Part shown: in pieces, positions 1 to 9,100 of the stretch
Numbering within the stretch: the first letter of the stretch is position 1
How the letters are laid out: every line of letters starts with the position of its first letter
Source: Pseudorhodobacter sp. PARRP1
GTDB taxonomy: Bacteria > Pseudomonadota > Alphaproteobacteria > Rhodobacterales > Rhodobacteraceae
DNA length: 64,000 nt
Direction of reading: 5' to 3'
Assembly: GCA_002256245.1 (NCBI GenBank)
Contig: NKIU01000008.1
Span: 53,333-117,332, forward strand
Made by a program: the position numbers and the translations under genes
The notes under the pieces: model-generated
Databases searched by the model: none
What the model saw: the letters and a program-made list of their open reading frames with translations, nothing else
What the model was told of the DNA's origin: nothing

Positions 1-202
1 CGCCATCGTAGTCAGCCGGGGTGAAGACCTTGACCGGAACGCCGAGTTCCTTCTCAATCGCCGCGCGGTAGCATTCGTTCGAGGTCATGCGGTCTTGTGC
101 GTTCTCGCCGCCCAGGATGCCGATGTTGAACTCTTTGATCTCTTGCGCTTGGGCAGAGGTGATGCAGGTGGTGGCGGCCAGAATGGCGAGCAGCTTTTTC
201 AT
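1..202 (-). CDS. phnD: Phosphonate ABC transporter substrate-binding protein (5' part; runs off window start)
   Basis: Manual translation from ATG at 202: MKKLLAILAATTCITSAQAQEIKEFNIGILGGENAQDR...LGVPVKVFTPADYDG (signal peptide plus PhnD-like N-terminus); directly downstream of phnC. Confidence 0.85.
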   Translation of the reverse strand, partial: MKKLLAILAATTCITSAQAQEIKEFNIGILGGENAQDRMTSNECYRAAIEKELGVPVKVFTPADYDG

Positions 203-234
203 TGTCGTCTCCGGTTTGGGTTGGATCGTTGGGC

Positions 235-1047
235 TCAGGCCAGCATCGCATCGGCATAGGCCGCGTCGCGCGGGCCGGTGATGGCGGTGGATGTGGCGGA
301 TTCGTTGAAACTGGCGTCGGCGCCGTAGATGTCGCGGGCGACGCCTGTGGTCAGTTGATCGGGGGTGCCGTCAAACACCACGCGGCCATCGCGCATCCCG
401 ATCACGCGGTCACAATAGCGGCGCGCGGTATCAAGGGTGTGCAGGTTGGCGATCACCATGCGGCCGTCTTCTTCGTGGATGCGGCGCAGGGCGTCCATCA
501 CCACTTGGGCGTTCATCGGATCAAGGCTGGCGATGGGTTCATCGGCCAAGATCACCGCTGGGTCTTGCATCAGCGCACGCGCAATGGCGACGCGTTGCTG
601 TTGGCCGCCCGACAAAGCCTCGGCACGTTTCGGGGCTTGTTCGGCGATGCCGAGACGTTCCAGAATTTGCAGCGCGCGGGTGATATCGGCATCCGACCAC
701 AGGTTGAACATGGTCGCAAAAGTCGAGCGTTGGTTCAGCAGGCCATGCAGCACGTTAGAGGCCACATCCATGCGCGGCACCAGATTGAACTGCTGAAAAA
801 TCATCGCGCATTGGCCTTGCCACGCGCGCTTGGCCGCACCTTGCAGCGTCAGCACATCGCGGCCTTCAAAGGCGATCACGCCGGAACTGGCATCGGTCAA
901 ACGGTTCATCATCCGCAGCAGGGTCGATTTGCCCGCGCCAGAACGGCCAATCACCCCGACAAAAGCCGAGCGGTCGATCTGGAAGCTGACATTGTCCACG
1001 GCGGCCTTTTGACCGAACAGGCGTGTGACGTTCTCGACCTTCAGCAT
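235..1047 (-). CDS. phnC: Phosphonate ABC transporter ATP-binding protein
   Basis: Walker [47 protein letters not shown]; PhnC-typical. Confidence 0.92.
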   Translation of the reverse strand: MLKVENVTRLFGQKAAVDNVSFQIDRSAFVGVIGRSGAGKSTLLRMMNRLTDASSGVIAFEGRDVLTLQGAAKRAWQGQCAMIFQQFNLVPRMDVASNVLHGLLNQRSTFATMFNLWSDADITRALQILERLGIAEQAPKRAEALSGGQQQRVAIARALMQDPAVILADEPIASLDPMNAQVVMDALRRIHEEDGRMVIANLHTLDTARRYCDRVIGMRDGRVVFDGTPDQLTTGVARDIYGADASFNESATSTAITGPRDAAYADAMLA

Positions 1048-1087
1048 CGCGGCCCCCTTTTGACTGAGGGGCTGATACGCCAGATTC

Positions 1088-1127
1088 GTGACGGTTGCTT
1101 ATCGGCGATGTGACGGTTGGGTGACAA
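1088..1127 (-). promoter_or_regulatory. Tandem Pho boxes (PhoB sites)
   Basis: Minus strand reads TTGTCAC-ccaa-CCGTCAC-atcg-CCGATAA-gcaa-CCGTCAC, i.e. heptamers at 11-bp period about 40 bp upstream of phnC; resembles the CTGTCAT-N4 consensus. Confidence 0.75.
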
Positions 1128-1266
1128 TGCCCCGGCGTCACAACCTATTGGTGTGACACACAAACTTCATGTTGCCGTTACCTGCCCGTCATGCCGGATG
1201 CCTAAGCCACGCCTCAGCAACCGACCGGGCAAAGGCTCGGTGGGGTCGGCTTAACAGGAGACTGCT

Positions 1267-2370
1267 ATGACGAATTTCAAAACCCTGACCTCGGGCGTCA
1301 GCCTGCTGGCGATGCTGGTGGCTGGTGCCGCACAGGCGCAATCGCTGGACGAGATCACCGCAGCGGCCAAGAAAGAGGGCGCGCTGACCACCATCGCGCT
1401 GCCGCATGACTGGTGCGGTTATGGTGCCGTGATCGAGGGCTTCAAGAAGAAATACCCCGAGATTGCCGTGAACGAGCTGAACCCGGATGGGTCGTCGGCA
1501 GATGAGCTGGAAGCCGTGCGCGCCAACAAGGGCAACACCGGCCCGCAAGCGCCCGACGTTCTGGACATCGGCCTGTCGTTTGGCCCGGCTGCCAAGGATG
1601 AAGGCCTGATCCAGCCGTATAAAGTCAGCACGTGGGACAGCATCCCGGCCGAGGCCAAGGATGCCGATGGCTTCTGGTATGGCGATTACTACGGTGTGAT
1701 GTCGTTCATCGTGAACACCGATATGGTCAAGAACGTGCCCGCCGATTGGGCCGATCTGATGAAGCCGGAATATGCGGGCGCGTTTGCGCTGTCGGGCGAT
1801 CCGCGTTCGGGCAACCAGCCGCTGATGTCGGTGATGGGCGCTGGCATGGCGATGGGTGGTGCGCCGGGGGCGGACTCGGCTGCCAAGGGGCTGGAGTTCT
1901 TTGCCGGGCTGAACAAGGCGGGCAATTTCGTTCCGGTCGCTGGCAAAACCGGCACCATCGCGCAGGGGGCTACCCCGATTGTTGCGGCTTGGGACTATAA
2001 CGCTTTGGCTTGGCGCGATACCCTTGCTGGCAACCCGAAGGCCGAGGTTATCGTGCCGGCTTCCGGCACCGTGGCGGGCGTTTATGTGCAGGCGATCAGC
2101 GCCTATGCCCCGCATCCGAACGCGGCAAAACTGTGGATGGAATACATCTATTCGGATGAAGGTCAGCTTGGCTGGTTGAACGGCTATTGCCACCCGATCC
2201 GTTTCAACGACCTCGCCAAGCGCGACGTGATCCCGGCAGAGATGCTGGCAAAACTGCCGCCTGCCGCTGCCTATGAAAAGGCCGTGTTCCCGACTCTGGA
2301 ACAGCAAGCCGCCCATAAAGAGGCTGTGACCGCGGGTTGGGATGCAACCGTCGGCGTCAAGGTCGAGTAA
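1267..2370 (+). CDS. ABC transporter substrate-binding protein (PotD/AfuA-like family)
   Basis: Signal peptide, AGGAG RBS, cluster-D SBP-like sequence; first gene of SBP-permease-permease-ATPase operon. Confidence 0.85.
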   Translation: MTNFKTLTSGVSLLAMLVAGAAQAQSLDEITAAAKKEGALTTIALPHDWCGYGAVIEGFKKKYPEIAVNELNPDGSSADELEAVRANKGNTGPQAPDVLDIGLSFGPAAKDEGLIQPYKVSTWDSIPAEAKDADGFWYGDYYGVMSFIVNTDMVKNVPADWADLMKPEYAGAFALSGDPRSGNQPLMSVMGAGMAMGGAPGADSAAKGLEFFAGLNKAGNFVPVAGKTGTIAQGATPIVAAWDYNALAWRDTLAGNPKAEVIVPASGTVAGVYVQAISAYAPHPNAAKLWMEYIYSDEGQLGWLNGYCHPIRFNDLAKRDVIPAEMLAKLPPAAAYEKAVFPTLEQQAAHKEAVTAGWDATVGVKVE

Positions 2371-2376
2371 ACCCCT

Positions 2377-2408
2377 AACCCTTCCCCGGCGCAGGCTGGG
2401 GAAGGGTT
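2377..2408 (+). terminator. Intra-operon stem-loop after SBP gene (attenuator or mRNA-stabilising hairpin)
   Basis: aacccttccccggc-gcag-gctggggaagggtt, 14-bp stem with one G-U pair. Confidence 0.6.
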
Positions 2409-2427
2409 TCCTTTCAGGATCATAGAC

Positions 2428-3294
2428 ATGAGAAGTTCCCGCCTTTGGCGTGCCCTGCCGTGGAACGGTTTGGGGGCAGTGCCGTTTTTGCTGTTCGCGC
2501 TGCTGTTTCTACTGCTGCCCACCGCGAACATCGTGGCGGGGGCGTTTGTGGACAGTGACGGCGGCTTCACGCTGAAAAACATTTTCAATCTTTTTACGCC
2601 CGAGATCATGAATGCGTTCTGGCTGTCGATCCGGCTCAGTTTCACCTCGGCGCTGATCGGGTGCATCTTGGGCTTCGCGATTGCCTTGGCGGTGGTTTTG
2701 GGCGGCTTGCCCGGCTGGATACGCGGCATCGTGATGACGTTTTCCGGGGTGACTTCGAATTTTGCCGGGGTGCCGTTGGCGTTTGCCTATGTGGCGACCT
2801 TGGGCCGGGTTGGCTTTGTGACGCTTCTGTTGCGCGATTGGTTTGGCGTCAATATCTACGCTTTGGGCTTCAATATGATCAGCTTCTGGGGGCTGGTCGC
2901 GGCCTATGTGTTCTTCCAGATCCCCTTGATGGTGCTGATCATCACCCCCGCGATTGACGGGCTGAAGCGCGAGTGGCGCGAGGCGGCGGAAGTGCTGGGT
3001 GCCACCGGCGGGCAGTATTGGCGCATGGTGGCGCTGCCGGTGCTGGGGCCGTCGCTGCTGGGGACGCTGGCGCTTTTGTTCGCCAATGCCTTTGGCGCGG
3101 TGGCGACCGCGATTGCGTTGACGGGGTCGCTGTTGTCCATCGCCCCGATCCTGCTGTTCAACCAAATCCGTGGCGACGTGCTGCAAGACCCGCATCTGGG
3201 CTATGCCTTGGCCTTCGCGATGATCGTGATTACGGGCATTTCCAACGGGGTTTATGTGGTGATGCGCACGCGCGCCGAGCGGTGGATCAAATGA
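2428..3294 (+). CDS. ABC transporter permease
   Basis: Multiple TM segments, EAA motif (EAAEVLGA). Confidence 0.9.
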   Translation: MRSSRLWRALPWNGLGAVPFLLFALLFLLLPTANIVAGAFVDSDGGFTLKNIFNLFTPEIMNAFWLSIRLSFTSALIGCILGFAIALAVVLGGLPGWIRGIVMTFSGVTSNFAGVPLAFAYVATLGRVGFVTLLLRDWFGVNIYALGFNMISFWGLVAAYVFFQIPLMVLIITPAIDGLKREWREAAEVLGATGGQYWRMVALPVLGPSLLGTLALLFANAFGAVATAIALTGSLLSIAPILLFNQIRGDVLQDPHLGYALAFAMIVITGISNGVYVVMRTRAERWIK

Positions 3295-4073
3295 AGCGTA
3301 TCCTGTCTTGGGCGACCATCGGCTTTGCGGTGGTGTATTTCTTCCTGCCGCTGGTGGGGATGCTGGAATTCTCGCTGAAGATGCGGCGGGGGGAGTATTC
3401 GTTGGACGCTTACCGCTCCGTGATGGGCGATCCGCAGTTTCAGGCCACCTTTGGGTATTCGGTGCTGATGGCCTGCCTGACCATCGTGTTCGGCGTGTTG
3501 GTGGTGGTGCCGACGGTGTTCTGGGTGCGCCTGAAACTGCCGCGCCTGCGCCCGTTCATGGAGTTTATCACGCTGCTGCCGCTGGTTATTCCGCCCATCG
3601 TGATCGTGTTCGGCTATATCCGTTTGTTCAACACCTCCAGTTGGTTGCCGCTGACGGGCTCGGCTTTGGGCACCGATTTTCTGCTGATGTGCGGCTATGC
3701 GGTGCTGGCGCTGCCCTATATGTATCGCGCCGTCGATACCGGCCTTGCGGCGATTGATTTGGCGACGCTTACCGAGGCTGCGCAAAGCCTTGGCGCGGGG
3801 TGGATCACCGTGCTTGCCCGCGTGATCTTGCCGAATGTGCTGGTTGCGGTGCTGTCCGGCGCTTTCCTGACCTTTGCCATCGTGATTGGCGAGTATGTCT
3901 TTGCGGCGCTGCTGGATCGGCCTGCGTTTGGCCCCTATCTGGTCTGGGCGGGCGGCAACAAAGCCTACGAGCCTGCGGCTTTGGCAGTGATGACCTTTGC
4001 GCTGACCTGGGCCTGCATGATGCTGATTCAATTGGCGACCAAATTCTCTAAACATACAAGGATGCCACGCTAA
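3291..4073 (+). CDS. ABC transporter permease
   Basis: ATGA overlap at 3291; EAAQSLGA motif; hydrophobic. Confidence 0.88.
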   Translation: MKRILSWATIGFAVVYFFLPLVGMLEFSLKMRRGEYSLDAYRSVMGDPQFQATFGYSVLMACLTIVFGVLVVVPTVFWVRLKLPRLRPFMEFITLLPLVIPPIVIVFGYIRLFNTSSWLPLTGSALGTDFLLMCGYAVLALPYMYRAVDTGLAAIDLATLTEAAQSLGAGWITVLARVILPNVLVAVLSGAFLTFAIVIGEYVFAALLDRPAFGPYLVWAGGNKAYEPAALAVMTFALTWACMMLIQLATKFSKHTRMPR

Positions 4074-5140
4074 TGGCGTATCTGGACCTTTCCGGCCTGC
4101 AAAAATCCTTTGGCGCGAACCAGGTGGTGAAGAGCTTTGATCTGGGGGTGGCGAAGGGCGAGTTTGTCTCGCTGCTGGGGCCTTCGGGCTGTGGCAAGAC
4201 CACGGTGCTGCGGATGGTGGCGGGGTTTGAGACGCCGACTGCGGGTGCGATCCGTATCGACGGGCAGGATGTGACGGGGCAGCGGCCCAATCAGCGCAAC
4301 ATCGGCATGGTGTTTCAGGCCTATGCGCTGTTTCCCAACCTGACGGTGGCGCAGAATGTGGGCTTTGGGCTGAAGATCGCCGGGGTTTCGGCCAAGGAAA
4401 CCGCTGATCGGGTGGCCGAAATGCTGGCGCTGATCGGCCTGCCCGAGATGGGCGCGCGCTATCCGTTTCAGCTTTCGGGCGGGCAGCAGCAAAGGGTGGC
4501 CTTGGCGCGCGCCCTTGCGCCGCGTCCGCGCGTGTTGTTGCTGGACGAACCGTTGTCGGCGCTGGATGCGAAAATCCGTGTCAGCTTGCGCAGCGAAATC
4601 CGCGATATTCAGCGCAAACTGGGCATCACCACGATCTTTGTGACGCATGATCAGGAAGAAGCCTTGTCGATGTCGGACCGGGTTGTGGTGATGAACGGGG
4701 GCCGCGCCGATCAGGTGGGCGCGCCGTTTGAGATTTATAACCACCCCGCGACGCGGTTTGTGGCGCAGTTTGTCGGCACGCTGAACACTTTGGACGCGGT
4801 GGTGACCAATGCCGCGCGGGGTGAGGTGACGGTGCAGGGCCAGCCGTTGCAACTGGGTCAGGCGATTGCTGCGGGGCAGGGGGCGACGGTGGGTCTGGCG
4901 CTGCGGCCCGAGGTTGTGCATCTGGAGGCGGATACTGCGCTGATCAGCCGGGGTGATTTTGCGCTGGCGGCGCGCATCGCCTCGGTCGATTTTCTGGGTG
5001 CGGTGATCCGGGTGAAGGCGCAGACGGCGGCGGGGGTGATCGCGCTGGATCTGTTCAACCGCCCCGACGCGCCGCCGCCACCCGTGGGTGCCGAGATGGC
5101 GCTGCGGTTCCGCGGGCAGGACGTGATTGTGCTGGGGTAG
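4073..5140 (+). CDS. ABC transporter ATP-binding protein (PotA-like)
   Basis: [38 protein letters not shown]-terminal TOBE-like region. Confidence 0.92.
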   Translation: MAYLDLSGLQKSFGANQVVKSFDLGVAKGEFVSLLGPSGCGKTTVLRMVAGFETPTAGAIRIDGQDVTGQRPNQRNIGMVFQAYALFPNLTVAQNVGFGLKIAGVSAKETADRVAEMLALIGLPEMGARYPFQLSGGQQQRVALARALAPRPRVLLLDEPLSALDAKIRVSLRSEIRDIQRKLGITTIFVTHDQEEALSMSDRVVVMNGGRADQVGAPFEIYNHPATRFVAQFVGTLNTLDAVVTNAARGEVTVQGQPLQLGQAIAAGQGATVGLALRPEVVHLEADTALISRGDFALAARIASVDFLGAVIRVKAQTAAGVIALDLFNRPDAPPPPVGAEMALRFRGQDVIVLG

Positions 5141-5376
5141 GGAGGTGCGCCCCTGTTATGGCTGCGGCCATTGCCGCTGCCATGCGGTGGGGTTTCGACT
5201 TGCCCGACCGTGGCCCAAAGGCCACGGTCAACGCCCGCCCCCCGCAGGGCGGGTGTTCCACCCGCCGGGGCGGGCTCTGACCTAGCCGGTCTTGTGTGAT
5301 GGGCGGTCCGTCGCGGGCGTTTCCACGCGGGCGGGGGCGAGGCAATGCCTCGCCTTGTCCCGCCCAAAGCCGCCGC

Positions 5377-6441
5377 CTAAAACGCGCCGCGTGACAGCCA
5401 GCGGGCCAGCATCGGCCCCAGCAACAGCACCAGCAAGAACCGCGCCATATGCATCACCATCACAAACGCCACATCCACCGGGGTAGAAGCCGCGATGATG
5501 GCGATGGAATCCATGCCGCCGGGGCTGGTGGCCAGATAGGCCGTCAGCGGATCAACCCCGGCAAACTGCACCAGTGCCACAGCCGCCGCGCCGCAGACCG
5601 CGATCAGCACCAGAATTGACGCGAACACCCGCAGAAACGCCCGCCGCGCACCGCGGATTGTGGCGCGGGTAAAGCGCAATCCAATCGCCCAGCCGATGGC
5701 GGCATAGGTCAACGCCAGCAGCCAAGGCGGCAGATAAAGCGGCATCCACCCGGTGTGCGACAGCGCCATGCCGGTGAAGATCGGCAAAAGAAAGCTGCCT
5801 CCGGGCAGGCGCAGCCGCCCGCCTGCGAAGGCCAGCACCACCGCCAAAGCCACGGTTTGGGCGACGCCAAGCGCGGGCATGGCAGGAAACCAGATGATCT
5901 CGGGCGCAGGCCCCGCCGTCACGCCAAACAGCCGCGCAACGACAGTGGCCACCACCGCCACGCAGGCCACCCGCATATACTGCATGAAGGCCACCAGCCG
6001 CATATCCGCGCCATAAGCCCCCGACAGCAGCGTCATCGCGGCAGCAGCCCCGGGCGATGATCCCCAGATGGCGGTGGTGCCCGGCAGCGCGCCAGACCGC
6101 GCCAAAAGCCAGCCCAGCAGGGACGAGGCGAAGATGGTAAACAGCGTGCCTGCCACCACGATCGGCCAGTCTGCCGCCACCTCGGCCATCAGCGACAGCG
6201 GCAGCACCGAGGCCACCATCAGCCCGACCAGCCCCTGTGCGGCGGTCATCACAGGGGCAGGCAGGCTGACGCCATAGCCCTGCACCGCAAGGATAATCGC
6301 CGCGACCATCGGCCCGAGCAGCAAGGCGGCGGGCAGGTGCAGCAGCTCAAACCCGGCGGTGATCAGGGCCGACAGCAGCACCAGAACGCACCAGCGCAGC
6401 GCGCGGTTGGACGGGGATGGGGGCGGGGGCTGCGGTGACAA
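5377..6441 (-). CDS. AbrB-family (AidB regulator-type) duplicated membrane protein
   Basis: Two homologous hydrophobic halves with SSPGAAAAM and TSPGGMDSI motifs; TTG start at 6441 with AAGGA 6 nt upstream (ORF open to 6498). Confidence 0.8.
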   Translation of the reverse strand: MSPQPPPPSPSNRALRWCVLVLLSALITAGFELLHLPAALLLGPMVAAIILAVQGYGVSLPAPVMTAAQGLVGLMVASVLPLSLMAEVAADWPIVVAGTLFTIFASSLLGWLLARSGALPGTTAIWGSSPGAAAAMTLLSGAYGADMRLVAFMQYMRVACVAVVATVVARLFGVTAGPAPEIIWFPAMPALGVAQTVALAVVLAFAGGRLRLPGGSFLLPIFTGMALSHTGWMPLYLPPWLLALTYAAIGWAIGLRFTRATIRGARRAFLRVFASILVLIAVCGAAAVALVQFAGVDPLTAYLATSPGGMDSIAIIAASTPVDVAFVMVMHMARFLLVLLLGPMLARWLSRGAF

Positions 6442-6563
6442 GGTCTGTCCTTTGGGCAGGCGTTGCGCCTTCCTACGCCGCGCACTGGGCAAGGGCAATG
6501 CACTGGACAGCGCCCGCCCTGCCTGCCAGTTTGGCGAAAACCGCCCGCAGTCAAGGCCCTTCG

Positions 6564-6869
6564 ATGCAGCACACCGCCCCGCTTGATCCGGCAGCCGCGC
6601 ACAGCGAACGCTTTGCGATCTGCGGCGATGTGGGCGCTGCGGTCTTTGCGCCTTGGATCACGCGCCATGCGCGCCGTCTTGGCCTGCGCGGCGCGATTTT
6701 GCGCCATGATGCCACGCGGTTGGAGATGGTTGTCACCGGCCTGCCCGACCTGCTGGATGCGATGGCGCTGGCCTGTAGCCTTGGCCCACGCGAGGTGTTG
6801 GTGGACCGGATTGATCGCGCGCCGATGCCCTTGCAAAACGCGAACGAATTTGCTTCGACTGCCGCTTAA
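6564..6869 (+). CDS. Acylphosphatase-like small protein (degenerate active site)
   Basis: RFAICGDV...FAPWITRHARRLGLRG...LEMVVTG...MALACSLGP pattern follows the acylphosphatase fold, but VQGVGFR and the catalytic Asn are not conserved. Confidence 0.6.
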   Translation: MQHTAPLDPAAAHSERFAICGDVGAAVFAPWITRHARRLGLRGAILRHDATRLEMVVTGLPDLLDAMALACSLGPREVLVDRIDRAPMPLQNANEFASTAA

Positions 6870-6883
6870 CATATGATCATATG
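6870..6883. promoter_or_regulatory. Candidate repressor operator (perfect 14-bp palindrome)
   Basis: CATATGATCATATG, an AT-rich palindrome in GC-rich DNA, 117 bp upstream of the Rieske gene start. Confidence 0.55.
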
Positions 6884-6999
6884 CAGAAGGGGCGCTGATT
6901 TTTTGGGCATCTGCCGCGGTGCGGGCTGGGCTGCTTTGCAATAGCCCTTCCGCTATCGCAGCTTGGCATGACAAATCAGCGTCGGAATGTGGGGAAAAC

Positions 7000-7608
7000 A
7001 TGTCGATCTGGATTGCCAACGGTCTGTCGCAAGATTTGCCGCCGGGCGTTGTGATGGCCGGGGCTTGGCGGGGGGCCGAGCTTGCGATCTGGCGCAGCGC
7101 CTCGGGGCGGCTCTCGGCTTGGGGGGATCGCTGCCCGCATCGCGGAATGCGGCTGTCGCATGGGTTTGTGCGCGGTGAGACGCTGTCGTGCATCTATCAC
7201 GGTTGGGTTTATGGCAGCGACGGCGGTTGTCGGAAGATCCCCGCGCATCCGGCGATGGTGCCCCCTGCCACGATCAAGGCCGAGGTTTATCAATGCGTTG
7301 AGGCGGGTGGGGTGATCTGGGTCGCCCCTGCGGCTGTTGAAAGTGACGCGCCCGATCTGGCGGGGCTGACTCCGGTGCGCTCGGTCACTTTGCGCGCGGA
7401 TCGCGGCGCTTTGGCGCGGGTGCTGGCGGGGGCTGTGGCCGAGGGCGATCTGTGGCGGGTGCCTGCGCTGGGCGCGGTGCTGGCGCTGCAAGACCGGGCG
7501 GAAGGGCTTGGCCTGCACGCGCTTTGCCATGATGCTGCGCAGCGCGTGGCGGTCAGCCGCTGGTTGGACGGCGTGTTGCGGCTGGCGGAAGAGGGGGCTT
7601 TGGCATGA
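7000..7608 (+). CDS. Stand-alone Rieske [2Fe-2S] protein of a split Rieske oxygenase
   Basis: DRCPHRG and SCIYHGW give the complete Cys-x-His/Cys-x2-His ligand set; the roughly 90-aa C-terminus has no mononuclear-Fe motif and no reductase domain. Confidence 0.85.
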   Translation: MSIWIANGLSQDLPPGVVMAGAWRGAELAIWRSASGRLSAWGDRCPHRGMRLSHGFVRGETLSCIYHGWVYGSDGGCRKIPAHPAMVPPATIKAEVYQCVEAGGVIWVAPAAVESDAPDLAGLTPVRSVTLRADRGALARVLAGAVAEGDLWRVPALGAVLALQDRAEGLGLHALCHDAAQRVAVSRWLDGVLRLAEEGALA

Positions 7609-8447
7609 TTGCGGCGGCGGTGCTGAACGAATGGTATCCGGTGGCGATGGCGGCGATGGTCGGGCCGTGGCCGGGGCGGGCCACCACGCTTTTGGGCCAT
7701 GATATCAATGTGTTCTCGGAAGGCGACAAAATCATCGTGCGCGGCGCGGGCGGCGATCTGGCGGTGACGCTGGCCTATGGCCATGTCTGGGCCTGCCCCG
7801 GCACCCCGGCGCATGATCTGTTCCCGGTGCCAGAGGCCGCACAGCCGGGGCGGCGGCTGGTCGATTGCGGCGCGGTGCGGGTGAAATGCTCGCCGCTGCG
7901 GGCGGTCGAAAATTTCCTCGATATCGCGCATTTCCCGTTTGTGCATACCGACGTTTTGGGTGCTGAGCCGCACACCGAAGTGGGGCGATATGAGGTGCAA
8001 ATCCGCGAGGACAGCGACGAGGTTTGGGCGACCAAGGTGCATTTCTACCAACCCCAAGCCGCGAAATCGGCGGCGGGGGGGATTGTGACGGAATATATGT
8101 ATCGCGTCGCCGCCTCGACCTCGGCGGTGCTGTATAAAACCTGCCCGAACAACCCCGATGAATGGGACGTGATCGGGATTTTCGTGCAACCCCTGACCGA
8201 GGAGTTGTGCGAGGTCTGGCCGTGGATGGCGCTGTTCGATGACACCACGCCGCAGGCCGATCTGATCCAGTTTCAGCAGATGATCTTCCTGCAAGACCGC
8301 TCAATTCTGGAAAACCAGATCCCGCGGCTGTTGCCTTTGGACCCCGGCAAGGAGATTCCGACGCAGGCTGACCTCACATCAATCGCCTATCGCCGCTGGC
8401 TGAAACGCAAGGGGCTGACCTATGGCGCGCAGATGGTGGCGGCATGA
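7605..8447 (+). CDS. Rieske-less mononuclear-iron oxygenase subunit (VanA-type catalytic domain; NdmC-like N-demethylase)
   Basis: LNEWYPVA start and a vestigial Rieske region without Cys/His ligands; ENFLDIAHFPFVH (2-His motif plus bridging Asp), QDRSILENQ, YRRWL; 280 aa. Confidence 0.8.
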   Translation: MIAAAVLNEWYPVAMAAMVGPWPGRATTLLGHDINVFSEGDKIIVRGAGGDLAVTLAYGHVWACPGTPAHDLFPVPEAAQPGRRLVDCGAVRVKCSPLRAVENFLDIAHFPFVHTDVLGAEPHTEVGRYEVQIREDSDEVWATKVHFYQPQAAKSAAGGIVTEYMYRVAASTSAVLYKTCPNNPDEWDVIGIFVQPLTEELCEVWPWMALFDDTTPQADLIQFQQMIFLQDRSILENQIPRLLPLDPGKEIPTQADLTSIAYRRWLKRKGLTYGAQMVAA

Positions 8448-9100
8448 AACTGTATGATTATGTGCTAAGCGCCAGTTGCTACAAAATCCGCCTGATGGCG
8501 GCGCTGATGGGCGTCAAGCTGCAGACCGAGGCGGTGGATTTCCACCCCGGTCGCGCGCATCGCAGCGCGGATTTCCGCAGCCTGAACCCCGCCGGAACGC
8601 TGCCGGTGCTGGTGGACGGTGATCTGGTGCTGACCGAAAGCACGGCGATGCTGGTGTATCTGGCACGGCCCGAATGGCTGGGGCAGAGCGCGGCAGAAGC
8701 GGCGCAAGTCCAGCAATGGCTGGCATTTTCGGCACGGCTGGGGGCCAGTTTGGGCATGGCGCGGCTGCATGACATGCTGCTTTATCCCGGCGATATTGAT
8801 GCGTTCCGGCGCGCAGGCGTGGAGTGTCTGCGCGAGCTTGACGCGCATCTGACCGAGGCGCGCTTTGCGGGGCGCACCTATCTGGTGGGCGATACCCCCA
8901 CCATCGCCGACATCGCCTGTTTTCCCAACGTGGCACTTGCCCCCGATGGCGGCGTTGGCCTCGACGATTACCCGTCGATCCGCCTGTGGTCGCGCGCCAT
9001 CCGCGCCCTGCCGGGGTTCATCGAGATGCCCGGCATCCACCGCCTGCACGAGTTGAAACCCGCGCCCGAGGCCGTCCCACCGCTGGAGACGCTGCTATGA
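8444..9100 (+). CDS. Glutathione S-transferase family protein (NdmE-like by context)
   Basis: MKLYDYVLSASCYKIRL, GTLPVLVDG, LTESTAML, TIADIA motifs; ATGA-coupled on both sides. Confidence 0.85.
   Translation: MKLYDYVLSASCYKIRLMAALMGVKLQTEAVDFHPGRAHRSADFRSLNPAGTLPVLVDGDLVLTESTAMLVYLARPEWLGQSAAEAAQVQQWLAFSARLGASLGMARLHDMLLYPGDIDAFRRAGVECLRELDAHLTEARFAGRTYLVGDTPTIADIACFPNVALAPDGGVGLDDYPSIRLWSRAIRALPGFIEMPGIHRLHELKPAPEAVPPLETLL

Noticed and set aside
5141-5376. Novel RNA in the GC-rich spacer between convergent genes
   Set aside because: Short GC hairpins are expected at this composition, and I found no second copy.
5377-6441. Ammonia monooxygenase
   Set aside because: AbrB-family proteins often carry this label, but there are no amoCAB partners or copper-site motifs.
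6920-6990. Sigma54 promoter for the Rieske operon
   Set aside because: TGG...TTGC-like candidates do not have the required GG-N10-GC spacing.
7000-9100. Complete caffeine-degradation (ndmABCDE) cluster
   Set aside because: No full-length Rieske oxygenases (NdmA/NdmB) and no reductase in the window; only the NdmC/Rieske/NdmE-like part is supported.
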